Of a stretch of DNA of 64,000 nucleotides, positions 1 to 12,269 are shown piece by piece (positions within the stretch are counted from its first letter, which is position 1; every line of letters begins with the position of its first letter). This DNA is from Octopus sinensis (taxonomy: Eukaryota): contig NC_043013.1 of NCBI RefSeq assembly GCF_006345805.1, positions 806,001-870,000 on the forward strand, given 5' to 3'. Under the pieces are notes generated by a model, which saw only the letters and a program-made list of their open reading frames with translations, did not search any database and was not told where the DNA came from. A program made the translations under genes and the position numbers.

Positions 1-464
1 TGATCTAATCAACTGGCCCCCTCCCCCAAAATTTCAAGCCTTGTGCCTAGAGTAGAAAAGACTGTACTGGTTTCATGTACATGTAATACATATGAAGGGA
101 GACAGTTTGGAAGAAGTAGTGGAGGGCTGCTCTCAAGGGGTTGAACTTTATTAAAAAGTTGAAAAGTGACTGCAACAAATGGCAAAGTGCTGTGAAGGGA
201 AAGGCTTGTCGAACTTATGCAAGTAAGGGAAAATGAAGATAGAATTATAAAGATAATGGTGGGTTTCTGGATAAATGTCACTCAGAAGGCTTTTATTAAC
301 CTGGGCCTAGAGAAGATAACACTTTTCCTGAGATGTCACATCCTACTACTACAGTGAAGCTGGTACCATTATTTCAAATAAGACTAAAGAGCAACAAATT
401 AAAACTAGTTAAAATTGGAATTTTAGTCTCATTAAACAAAAAGAGGAAAACATTTTCACTTCAC

Positions 465-551
465 CTCATCTGTGTAATGAGTTGATTTCTTGGCAGACAG
501 TTGGCCTGATTTGCTTTTCTCTGGGTGGCTTTTTCGTTTTGAATCAACTTC
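465..551 (-). CDS. Putative internal coding exon (87 nt, phase 0/0) of a minus-strand gene: EVDSKRKSHPEKSKSGQLSAKKSTHYTDE
   Basis: Minus strand reads ttttattttacccttttaaattcAG|GAA...GAG|GTgaag. 29 open codons; charged composition matches the 5261-5323 exon. Confidence 0.6.
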
Positions 552-887
552 CTGAATTTAAAAGGGTAAAATAAAATATTAATTATTAACAACTGATACC
601 AAACCAGAGATAAAAGAGGGTTTTTTTTACTTCTATATACCACGATGTCTCCCAGATCTTATAACTTTAAATCTGGTTTCCTAGTTAAGAAAAAAGATAG
701 CTAACAGTACAATATATTTCTTTTCCATAATGTCTAACAATGATTTTTCTCATTTTGTATTGTTTAGAGGATTTACACAAGAACATATAACAAATCTGTA
801 AACTATAATGTGTCTTGAATGGCACAACAATGCACTATAGTAACAACGGACTATAATAACTAAATATAATTTAGCCATCCATCCTCT

Positions 888-929
888 GATATAATATTTC
901 GGAATATAAAAATTCCTTCTTCAGATATC
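888..929 (-). ncRNA. Minimal type I hammerhead ribozyme-like motif (Penelope type)
   Basis: Minus strand: GAUAU-CUGAAGA-A-GGAAU(uuuuau)AUUCC-GAAA-UA-U-U-AUAUC. 5-bp stem I, 5-bp stem II, palindromic AUAU in place of stem III. Confidence 0.55.
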
Positions 930-1144
930 CCTAGGAATTGATTGAGTCACTGCTATAATCAGTATTTCTTTTTCTGGAAGTGTCTCTGCAGTGGTCCCAC
1001 GAAGCTCCTTCCGGAATTCCTCATGAGAAGTGCATGAGGGCAGCCATGTCTCAAGCTCGTGTGTGCTGGCACATCTGTAGCGCTGCTTCTAATTTATGTA
1101 TCATATGTGCAGTTTCCTTTTTTTCTTTTATTTTTGTCATTTCA

Positions 1145-1275
1145 TACCCTCCATCAAGCATCTACCATACTCTGAATGCCTTGCTTCACTGGGCATAGAT
1201 ACATTGAAGTTCCAACGTCTGGTAACTGACTCGGTAAACACCCACAAAATTATTAACCATCATCCTGAACACTTT
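1145..1275 (+). mobile_element. CR1-type LINE fragment (ORF2 C-terminal region)
   Basis: Similar to 10643-10790 and 54711-54850 (ataccctccatca..catctaccatattctga...cacccacaaa). Confidence 0.75.
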
Positions 1276-3231
1276 TTGAGAGAGAGAGTGAGAGAGAGAG
1301 CAGATGTGGATCAGAGGGTGGAGCATGTGTTTGGGTGATATAATACCAAACAGATGGGTGGCCCTTCTTTAGTTGCAACCTAGGCAGTGTGTTGCCTCTA
1401 AAATTCAACCTTAAGTGATAAAGATAAAGGCTGACAGTTCTACAAGCAGCAAGAAAAACCATCCCTCTTATGTACAAGAAGTTCTTTCCCTAAATTTGCT
1501 TAAACTAAAAAACCTCGTTCAATAGTTATGTCAATGAAATCTCAGCTAAAGTCATTGGAATTGCATCATGTATTTTAAAATAATACCTTTTTTCTATACA
1601 TTTCTGTGTCAACAACTCAAGACAACTGTCCAACTGTCGGTGCAAGAGCTTAAAACACAATCTCTTTCATACAGGACACAAAATCTTTAGATTTAGTCAC
1701 TTCTCAATTCTTTTGTGACAATATTTCTAATGATATACACTGTTCTCATGTTCCGATGACTTTTAAAAATAACAAACTTCCTTATTGAGCTAATCTTTGG
1801 AAAACTCTCATCATAATTTTATGTCTGTTTTTCCATGCTAACATGGGTTGGACAAACCTTCTCCAATAAAGCCTCTCTTCACATGTTCTAGTCCTTTGTC
1901 ACCTCCTTTATGAGGCTCAACCTTTTATCAATCAGCTTTCACCACTTCTTATATTTTCTTTTGCCTTCCACTTTGATTGCTTGGTACTTCATTCTTCAAC
2001 TCTCCATACCAAGCTGGAACATAGTCTGGAGAGTCTGCCACCATAGTGTGTTCATACCAGCACAATCTCCTCTCTTACACAATATATTTGATTCTTGATG
2101 TCCAATTTTTCTTTCAGTTCATTTGTACTTTGTTGTCCAATGAACACTCACATACCATGTCCAGTGGAGTGTGCTCCCTTCTTTTTTTAACCTTTGCATA
2201 CCCCATCACCACTGCCCTCAATGCCTCTTTCATACCATGCAACATTGCACTTTGTACACAAAGTATCATATTATCTGCCCAACTTAAAAAGTTTGTATAT
2301 AAAATAATACAAAGCTTAAATTTTAACATAAACACTTCAGAACAGATGGTTTTGTATTACAGTCCCAAGATGGTTGATATGAAAGAGTGGAAAGGATGTG
2401 ACTCTCAATCTATCCATGAGATTTGCTATACTGATCTCTGTCTTCCAGAGAACAAAGGAAGGCCCTCTGGATTACTTGTTCCACTAGTTCAATAGACATA
2501 CGCAATTTCACTCAACTCCGCAACTACAGTCAGCGCTTGGAAAAAAATATCCAAAACAACATGCTGAACAGATATCATGAAATGAAAGTACACACGTGCA
2601 CACATGAATGAATGCACACAAACATGTTTATTATCTAAATGGCCTAATTCATACTGGTATGAAGTAAGTGATAGTATCTGTGGCAGAAGTACCACTTAAG
2701 AGCAAATGTAGACATAAATTTAGAGACACAGCTGTATCTGTAGATAAGAACAAGGTTTTCTCTCAGTTTCTATACAAAGAGTAGATTGTAAAATACATAT
2801 GTCAGCAATGCAGTGGATTATAAGTAATGAAACTGAAACAGCTGTGACTAATGAATCAACAGTGTTGAGCTGTTAGATACTAGCTGGTTGCAAATGGACC
2901 GAATGATGAAGTGTCAGTCATTAGTTCAGTTCAGTCGATTCTTTGATTGGTTTGGAAATGGATGGTAATTGTCAAGTGAAATTGTTTCGCAAATAATTAC
3001 TAAATGTTAACTGGGGTATGTAAAAGAAAATTTTGATCAAAGTAATTTGGAATTGAACGGCAAAAGTTACAACTCAGCAATGAACTGACAAAGACACAGA
3101 AGACAGGGAGAAACATATTCTACGCAAATAAATAGAATTTAACCATTTAATAATCAAACTCTTTAAAATTAAGACACCTTAAAAAGTACAATTATTTCAA
3201 AGACCTAATACATTACAATATTATATATAGA

Positions 3232-3626
3232 CTAGCAGTATCGCCCGGCGTTGCTCGGGTTTGTAAGGGAAATAACTATATAAGCATTTTTAGAGAGTTA
3301 TAGACAAAAAATAGCAAAAAAATGCATTGAAAATGGAAAAAAAAATGGTAATTTTTTTAAAAATCGTTGACTCATCGTAGACATTTTTAGAGAGTTACTT
3401 CCCTTATATAAGATCAAAAAGATGCATCAAAATGGAAAAAAATTATGGTAATTTTTTTTTTAAATTGTAGACTCATCGTAGACGCGCGCTAATACCCAGA
3501 AGGACTCGATATGAATCACAACTATAAGATACCCGGTTTTGGTTAAACTGCACCGCAAAATGTGGGAGTAGTTAGGAATCTAAATCGTAGGAGACAGACA
3601 CACAACTTCACTTTTATATATAAAGA
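3232..3626 (-). mobile_element. Non-autonomous Helitron, copy 1
   Basis: Minus strand begins TC(TTTATATATAAAAG) and ends with hairpin CCCGAGCAACGCCGGG followed by CTAG|T. Confidence 0.75.
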
Positions 3627-4139
3627 CTAGCAGTATCGCCCGGCGTTGCTCGGGTTTGTAAGGGAAATAACTATATAAGCATTTTTAGAGAGTTACTTCC
3701 CTTATAGATGCCAATTCGGGCTTTCTTAGCCATTTCTGTTTTGGTGTCTTCAAGCCATGAAGTCGTTGTTCTAAAAGAACGCTGGTCTCCTTGACAACGC
3801 TTTACGACGTTGATTTCCTTACACTCCCTTCCCCACAGCTTCACGAGGGAGGGAAGAAGGGGGAGAAGCAAACAGGTGCAGGTGTGACCATGGACGCCAA
3901 CTCCGCCGCCATCGACACACGAAAAATTATGCATTAAAATGGAATAAAAAATGATGTTAAATTATTTTTAAAATCGTAGACTCATCGTAGAGGCGCACTA
4001 ATACTCAGACGGGCTCGATATGAATCACGACTATAAGATACCCGAATTTGGTTAAACTGCACCGCAAAATGTGGGAGTAGTTAGGAATCTAAATCGAAGG
4101 GGACAGACACTCACACAACTACAGTTTTATATATATAGA
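3627..4139 (-). mobile_element. Non-autonomous Helitron, copy 2 (same family, extra internal segment)
   Basis: Same termini as copy 1 and joined to it head-to-tail (CTAG|TC). Confidence 0.75.
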
Positions 4140-4143
4140 TATA

Positions 4144-4992
4144 CTAGCAACTAAGCCTGGTTTCACCTGGTCAGTTTGGATGATGTGGCTGTAAAACCTG
4201 CTCTGTGTAAGCATTTGACTTGTTTGGGCACGCTTACGTTAAAAAACAATTTTAGAATGACTTTTTTCTGTCAAAACGCTAAAAATAACTGATGAGCAAA
4301 AAAAAAAACAACCAGTATTTAACCAAATCATAAAATTAACCCAAATACTAAACGAACAAAGTTGAACCATCCCCCTTCCATTGCACGTGCACACACACAT
4401 TCACATCCTCCCCCCTTACATACACACATATATTCACACGGAGTTGAAACGCTGTTTGATTTATTTTTTTCAGCGTACAATTTTCATCATCCCACTACCA
4501 ATTATGACATCACCCCTTTCTTTCTCATTCATGAACACAAGAGTATTATAGTAGATTATCCTGGTAACCATGGGAGCTATGAAAAAATACAAAGCCCAGC
4601 ATCACCATTAGATCATTCTACACATCTGTGTAATTTTTCGTGCAATTCCACCCAGCCATTTGACTGTGAATCCAACAACAAGAACGAATCGCCCATGTCA
4701 AATTTAAATGGATAGATAACATGAGATTATGCATGCATGGTTGCTTTTCATATAACACCAGCATGGGCGCCTTCCATGTGGCACTGGCACCTTTCACATG
4801 GCACCATTATCTTCCATGTGGCACCAGCACCGGTGCATTTCACAGAGCAGCAGCATGGGTGCTTTCCATGTGGCACCAGCACGTGTGCTTTGCACATGAC
4901 ACCAACATGGTTGCTTTCCATGTGGCACCTGCATGGGGGGGCTTTAAAATTCAAGAGAATGGCTAATCGATTTCTCTATTTTATATTCTCGA
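4144..4992 (-). mobile_element. Third Helitron-like element (different family) with nested RTE-tail-like repeats at about 4740-4935
   Basis: Minus-strand 3' end gaccaggtgaaaccaggcttagttgCTAG|T. The 5' boundary is approximate. Confidence 0.4.
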
Positions 4993-5260
4993 TATCATCT
5001 GTCATATGATGAATTAGTAATAATGCTGAAGAGGAAGTGAACGATTGATGATGACGATGACAATAAAAAAAATTATGATAATAATCATACTGATAATAAT
5101 AATGATGATGATGTCAACAAAAATAACAACAGTTATTTCATTAGCAAAGCCATTTACCAAAAACCAAAACTCAAACAGAAGGAAATGAAAGGTTACAAAC
5201 AACTGACAAAAGAAACAGTAATTTTCCTAAATTGAAAGAAATGTTAAAAGATGCATTTAC

Positions 5261-5323
5261 CTTGTCATTGTGTCTTTTACCTCTGGAAGCTGACCCTTCT
5301 CTGTTGCTTCTTTTCACATCATC
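5261..5323 (-). CDS. Putative internal coding exon (63 nt, phase 0/0): DDVKRSNREGSASRGKRHNDK
   Basis: Minus strand: atttttattgtcAG|GAT...AAG|GTaaat. Only frame 0 is open. Confidence 0.6.
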
Positions 5324-5899
5324 CTGACAATAAAAATATGTTAAACCATTTAGACATGGAAGTAACATGAACAATTCTGCATCTGAAGAAAAAAAAACAA
5401 GTTATGAGAGATGTAACTTCAACGTTTTATGGGGTGGAAGTAGCTGGAGGTATGTTCATATCTTATCAGACTTGTTTCAGTCACTGGACTGTGGCCATGC
5501 TGGGGCACCATCTTGAAGGACTTAGTAGAACAAATTGATACCAGTAGTTATCTTTTAAAATTTGGTGCTTATTATGTCTATCACATTTGCTGAACTGCTA
5601 AGTTATGGGAACATAACCAAACCAACACTGGTTGTCAAGTCCAATAGCTAAAACAAGTAAAAAAAAAAAAGAATAAAAAAGAAAAAAAAATGATAGTCAC
5701 ATCATATTTTGGGCTGCCTTGTGGTGAAGAGAAGTTACAGAAAGTAGATTTCAAAGGACAACAGATGATCAACTAAGAGGTTTTATTTGCAGTTTGAATC
5801 CTGTCCCATGTGCTGAGGTGTGCCAAAGATCCAATCTCCTTGGGTCACTTGACTGTAGTCATTCATTACAGAATGCTCTGTGATACACTATTGTAACCA

Positions 5900-6100
5900 A
5901 TGTTGGCACTTAAAGAAGAAACCTGATGAGTGTTTTGATATGCTCATGCGTTTGGTCTTCTCTCTGGCACCTCACACCTGATTCTGAGCTTTTCTCTCAG
6001 TTAATTTGTACTGTTATTCTGGCAAAATGGCATTACACACCCAGTAGAGCAGCTTGCTTCATTTCCTTTGAGTCTGCTCACGCTTCATATGTAATATTCA
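5900..6100 (-). mobile_element. Degraded RTE LINE remnant
   Basis: Translates to LREKLRIRCEVPERR, similar to LREKLDLRSIRCGVQERR of the RTE copy at 15335. Confidence 0.35.
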
Positions 6101-7488
6101 TAGTTTACAACCATGAAATATAATGATTCCTTACAAACATCATATAATCTGTCTGACAAAACAAAGTTACATGCACTCTAACCCAAGTCTACCTGCTGCA
6201 AATTAGTATAACTAAATGGAAGGGGAAAAAAACCTACACCCTACAAACATTTGTATAACCAGCATCCAAGCTATTGGCTTTGATAAAAATTCTTTTCAAT
6301 GTCTATTTTATTTAAAACTTTTGTAGTGTGAAACTACACTCCTCTCAGTAAAAAGTGGTAGGGGGCAGCCATTATAAATAGACCAGTAGCTGGTTGTCAA
6401 GAGAGGGTCAAGAGTCAAAGAGTCGCCAGTTCTAGTTGGTGTCTTGTGGAACTATCAGCGATAGTAAGACAGAAGGAGTTAGTGTATTACTATTCCGGTA
6501 CGATGAGGTACAAAGGTATCCGATGACTAGTAACTACCGTGGCTACTAGCATAAAACAGCAACTACAGTACAATGGTAGTCACACATCACACCAGTGGGG
6601 GGAAACCACTTTACAACAAAAACTAAGCAGAATCCCCTCCCCCTTTTTTTAATAAAAGGCCATATATAGACCCCCTACAATATTTCTGGTATCCAAAATA
6701 ATGAGGGAATTTGACCTGCTAGACATAGTTGCCAAGATTTTCTCAAATTATATCCAACCATCTTAGATAAAAGACGCATTAGAGTATGCATTAAAGGGAT
6801 AGGATGGTCATGGATGGAATGCCCTGATTATGAGAATGCTCAATCAGGGTTGACAAAGGGCTACACCATAACATCACTAGTACTTAAAATAAACATTTTA
6901 AAGGGAGCAAAACCAAAACAGATTATAACGAGGTTTTCAGCTAAAAGGGTATGAAGAATGAAAATATGAGGGAGATTTACCCTTCTATAAGGGACCTGTA
7001 AAAGGACCAATACCTAATTTTGGGTTTTAGAACTTTACTCATCATTTTTGGTAATTCCTAAATGTACAAAACACTTGCAGAAGTTAGAACTCAGACCTAT
7101 CAGCTGGAATGCATTTAGTTTTATCCATCCTACAGATATCCTAACACATTCACCTTTTCAGAAAATATTGATTTCTGATAAATTTCGATAATTGTAATTA
7201 AGTCAACTCCACGACTTGAATAAATATATTAATTATAAAGCAAAGCTGATTCAAGGGAAGACATACATGTGGGAAGAATATTGATGGACATACCTTAAGA
7301 GCATGTTTCAGTTCTGCAGAGCTCCATGTGTCATTCATTAAACGAGACTGAAAAATAAATGTTGATGTTCATTTTGGTAGTTAATGTAGAGATGAATTAG
7401 TTTTTGTCACTTAGGTATGCTTATTGTTTTGTATATTATAGAATGTTCTTCAAATTATGGTTTTTACCTCTTTCTCCCTCTATATACA

Positions 7489-7540
<52 letters not shown>

Positions 7541-7620
7541 ATGATCAACCAGGCTATCAGATGCTGTTATACATTGGTCACAATGAACTTTACATCGTTT
7601 TAGCTTTCAAATGATGACAC

Positions 7621-7653
<33 letters not shown>

Positions 7654-8289
7654 TTATGACAAAGTGGCCATCAAAAGGAACCAACAAGCAGCACCATGTA
7701 TAAGTTAAAGCATGTGAACTTCCAGAACTGCTATCATGAAAGACTCAATTTATTTTCCCTTCCCTTATAGTATGACTAGATAATCTTAAAAACAATTGAA
7801 ACCAGTAGCATATTTTGATTAAAATGTCATTTTCTTTCTTTTGTTCATGATAAAGTTCTTGGAGTATTTCTTTTGGTTTTTTTATTGTATACAAAGCAGA
7901 AATATCACCTTTTGAGCAGTTTTCTGCTTGTTGCTAATGAATATTTACATATTTGATTCCCAGTTTATACAATTTTTCCAATAGATTATGTCTAATTTTT
8001 CTTTATTCATCTAATAACACTCACTTGCTTATAAATTACATTCAGAATAATAACATTGGAATTTGAGGAAATCACGTATTATGTTGACTTACTTAGCCAT
8101 GTAAAATTCCATTTTTTGTATATATACATAGTTGATGATTTAACTTTATATGGCAGTGAACAGGAATACACACCTAGTTTGTACTGGGGAGGGGGAATCA
8201 CTGAAAAACTTACTATAGGTTCTAACACATGTCACTGTATAACTTAGTTACTCTGCATTCCTTTCCCGTCAATACATATATTTGTAAAT

Positions 8290-9064
8290 TTGGACCTCAC
8301 GGAAGTGAGTTCTTTTCAAGCATTGGAACTCACGGAACAGACTTCCTTTCGAGCATTGGACTTCAAGGAGGCAAGTTCCTTTCGAGCACTGGACCTCACG
8401 GAGGCGAGTCCCTTTCGAGCACTGGACCTCACGGAGGCGAGTCCCTTTCGAGCACTGGACCTCACGGAGGCGAGTCCCTTTCGAGCGTTGGACCTCATGG
8501 AGGCGAGTTCCTTTCGAGAACTGGACCTCACAGAGGTGAGTTCCTTTCGAGCATTGCACCTCATGGAGGCGAGTTCCTTTCGAGCATTGCACCTCATGGA
8601 GGCGAGTTCCTTTCGAGCACTGGACCTCACAGAGGCGAGTCCCTTTCGAGCATTGCACCTCACGGAGGCAAGTTCCTTTAGAGCATTGCACCTCACGGAG
8701 GCAAGTTCCTTTCGAGCATTGCACCTCATGGAGGCGAGTTCCTTTCGAGCATTGCACCTCATGGAGGCGAGCTCCTTTCGAGCACTGGACCTCACGGAGG
8801 CGAGTCCCTTTCGAGCATTGCACCTCACGGAGGTGAGTTCCTTTCGAGCATTGCACCTCATGGAGGCGAGTTCCTTTCGAGCATTGCACCTCACGGAGGT
8901 GAGTTCCTTTCGAGCACTGGACCTCACGGAGGCGAGTTCCTTTCGAGCACTGGACCTCACGGAGGCGAGTTCCTTTCGAGCATTGCACCTCACGGAGGCA
9001 AGTTCCTTTTGAGCACTGGACCTCATGGAGGCAAGTTCCTTTCGAGTATTGGGCCTCATGGAGG
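8290..9064. repeat. 33-bp minisatellite, about 23 units (consensus ctggacctcacggaggcgagttcctttcgagca)
   Basis: Directly visible tandem periodicity; it explains the overlapping long ORFs on both strands. Confidence 0.95.
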
Positions 9065-9303
9065 CAATGACCAAGACCTTTGGAGCACAATCGCAGTCGT
9101 GGCAGATACCAGTGTCACGCAAATGGCACCCTTGCCAGTGGCACATAAAGCACCCATTATACTCTCGGAGTGGTTGGCATTAAGGACAATCAGCCATAGA
9201 AAACCATGCCAAATCAGACTGGAGCCTGGCGCAGCCTTCCAGATTGCCATTCCTGGTCACACCATCCAACCCATGGACAATGAATGCTAAATAATGATGA
9301 TGA
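9065..9303 (+). mobile_element. RTE 3'-tail-type repeat
   Basis: gcacccattatactctcggagtggttggcattaagg...ccaacccatgg...(tga)n matches 16080-16248. Confidence 0.75.
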
Positions 9304-10519
9304 TTTTAGTATTAATAACCAAAATAAACACACATTAACAAATGTACAGAGGTGGGAAATATTTTTCATTATTTCCATTCATCCTTTGAACAGTAATCTC
9401 AGCAACAATGCTTAACATTGCCTGAAAGGATAGTGGAAGCAACATAATTTGGCTGGTGCTGGATTAAACTTATAATTTGGAGAAATGTTTTGATTGAAGT
9501 GTTTTGTAGAGAGTAAGCATCATGGAGTAAAAAACAGAAGGCAAAAAGGGAATCCTATGAAGCAGTGTTAAAAAAGACACTATCTCAGTAGACCTGTGAT
9601 CCAAGGTGTTCCATGTTTTAAAGCTTAATATTTCAAGAAGCATATCACCCTATGTCTCCCCCTTTATAAGATATGATTTGAGGGAGATTTAACTGCTGTT
9701 TCTAGCAGATTGAGCAGCTGCATGGAGGCTCCCATGAAAAATTTCATGCTGTAAACATTACTGAAATGAATAGAGATCCGACACTACTCATCCAGTATTG
9801 TTATCATTACAGATTAAACATTGTTTAAAATAACAGCAGTCAGTATAAGAAATTAGAAATAGACTTAACCAATGTTGGATTAGCAATATTACCTACAAGA
9901 AAGGTCGACAGCTTGTTAATTGATGAAATGACCAGTATATCAAAAACCTAGTTGGTGTATAAAGAAATGTCTTTGAAGTGAGGTAGTTGTTAGGGTCAGT
10001 TTTTACTCAAGTCAGCTTTGACCCTAGAGGTGGTCCAGTCGGGATCAACTCAGTATTTTATATATCCAAGACTACATTGTCCAAAGAGTGATTTGAGGGA
10101 GATTTAGCAGTTTTTTCAAGCAGATTATTGGCTCAGATATAATGAGGTAATGCAACTAGATGCCATAAAATAGTGTTCTATGAATACATGATGGAAGTTG
10201 TTTACAGTAAAAAGAGATGAAGGAAAACTTGAAGTATTTAAATCTACACAAGAGTCTGGGTCGCCTTAAGGAATGGGAGCACTGGGGAGTTGCTTGAGGG
10301 TCCCATGGGTCCCAATTCTGATCTTTGTATGCTGTGGTTTGCTGTTAATAAATATATGCTATAGGACCAAGTGCATTGATTTATTTGAGGACCTATGGTG
10401 CTGCTAAAGCAGCCCTGTACAGAGTTGTGGCTTTCACTGAGGTATTTGGAAAGATATTTGATTGGATTCGACAAGTTACACATAGCTGAGTTAGCCTTTT
10501 GACAAACTATCGGCTATCT

Positions 10520-11143
10520 ATCTGAGGCTTTATATAGCTATGGTGCAGCCTCACCTGGAATTTGCATCACCGGTCTGGAACCCCTATCTTGCCCAGGATA
10601 TTAATCGTCTGGAAACCATTCAGCGACGTGCAACCAAGAGAATACCCTCCATCAGGCATTTGCCATATTCTGGATGCCTTACTTCCCTGGGCATGGATAC
10701 ATTGAAACTCCAACGTCTGGCAGCTGGCTTGGCAGACACCCATAAAATTATTAACCATCTTACAAACAATAACTCTGAGCACCTTTTCAAACTCAAACTG
10801 TCTAACACCCATGGACATGTTTACAAAGTCAGAAAACAGCACAGCTCCCAGGACTTTTGGAATCATTTTTTTACGCTGAGAGTTGCTGAAGCATGGAACA
10901 AACTGCCGGCATCAGCTGTTAGTTGTCGGAGCACTGCATCCTTCAAAACTTCCATGCTTCCTGAGATTCGCCAATACTACACCTGATTTTCTCCCCTCCA
11001 TACACACGCAAGCATGTATCTGACTCATACATTGTTCACTTCCCAGTCATTTGTACATTACTGCATATGCTTTATACGTACTTTTGACAAGTTGTGGTGC
11101 ACCTGAGCACTGTATACAATAATTTCATTATTATTATTATTAT
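10520..11143 (+). mobile_element. 5'-truncated CR1-type LINE (ORF2 C-terminus, 3'UTR, (att)n tail)
   Basis: PHLEFASPVWNPY...LETIQRRATK...NHFFTLRVAEAWNKLP followed by a (tta)n tail. Confidence 0.9.
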
Positions 11144-12199
11144 ATGAAAGCAAACGACCAAACGGTCCCAAGGGATTATAGGATTTATCAAATTCAGTAA
11201 TGTTTTTGTCTCTTATTCTATTAAATAGTGAAGTCAATACTGACAAAACAGGATCTTCAGAATAAGTTTGAACGAGGTGTTTTTCTTTTATGGCACACAA
11301 TTTTACTTATCTTGATGAAATTCATCAACTGCCTTTGGTGGATGGGACAGACTTTGGATTCTACAACACCCCACCTTCCCTGCGGGAAACATAAAGGCTT
11401 ACATCTATAAAGTCAATAATTTAGAGCAGTGTCAATGAATTTCCAGTCATAACCTGCATTAATTAATACTATAGAAAATATATACTTGGTAACGTATTAT
11501 GGTTGCTAAACGAAATATGGTGCCCCTACCAACAATTAAGCTATAGAAAGCGGATGTAGAGATACAAAATTTCATATTTCATTATCGTTTCATAAAATAT
11601 GATTTGATATATACTATATATTAGAAATAAACATTTATGGATAATTTTTGCCATCAAATTATCAAACTTTTGCCGTAATTTGATGGCAAAAGTTTGATAT
11701 GTAACAACAATGAAAACTTTGTCAAAAATAAGATATATAAAAGAAAAACAGTAAAGTAAAATATTTCCATTAAAGTTTACATTATTTTTGTTCTTCGTAA
11801 ACAATTTGAATTGCCAAATAATTAAGTAAACGAAACTAAATTCATAATACTTAATTTTGAATTAATATACGTAAATATACAAATATATATTCGCATTGCA
11901 TCGTGTTTAGTGGACACTGAATATTGCTAAGAGTTTAGATATATATATGAAATAATTTCTTTATTAATGCCTATCAGAAATTCAGAGTAGGTGCGTTCAG
12001 CATAGAAAAGCATTCGTAAAAGACATTATAAAGAACTTCTAAACTTGGTGAAGTGAACTGACCATGCGTACTGGATTGTTTTTGGTTTTTCTCCCTTAAC
12101 AACGAAACGCGAATTAATTGTTCAAAGTGTATTGAAATATAAGCAAATACACATAATATTGAATAATAATGATTTTGTTAAATAATTCAATAAAAGTAC

Positions 12200-12214
12200 C
12201 TTTCGAGAAGTCAT
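12200..12214 (-). CDS. Putative first coding exon end (MTSRK) of the minus-strand gene
   Basis: ATG ACT TCT CGA AAG|GTACTT is a phase-0 donor that joins in frame to 5261-5323. It lies where CpG content rises. Confidence 0.35.
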
Positions 12215-12269
12215 TGTATCCCGTTGAATTGATCGTAGTTACAGAAAAGACATTTCCAGTTGCTAATGT

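Noticed and set aside
2496-2587. Plus-strand exon-like segment (DIRNFTQLRNYSQRLEKNIQNNMLNRYHEMK)
   Set aside because: No recognisable family, no partner exons, and it is antisense to the better-supported gene.
5046-5233. Asp/Asn-rich open stretch on the plus strand
   Set aside because: Degenerate (GAT/AAT)n microsatellite with no start or splice context.
7790-8020. Possible RT-like remnant on the minus strand (HNLLEKLYKLGI)
   Set aside because: Single short motif with stops; too weak to list as a feature.
8229-9290. Five long overlapping ORFs (93-276 aa) and a CRISPR-like look
   Set aside because: Pure 33-bp tandem repeat without unique spacers; the ORFs follow from a stop-free period divisible by 3. 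No cas genes, and the context is eukaryotic.
11307-11379. Exon-like 73-nt segment on the minus strand (tttcccgcAG...GTaaaa)
   Set aside because: Inclusion between the phase-0 exons would shift the frame and give an immediate stop; no supporting homology.
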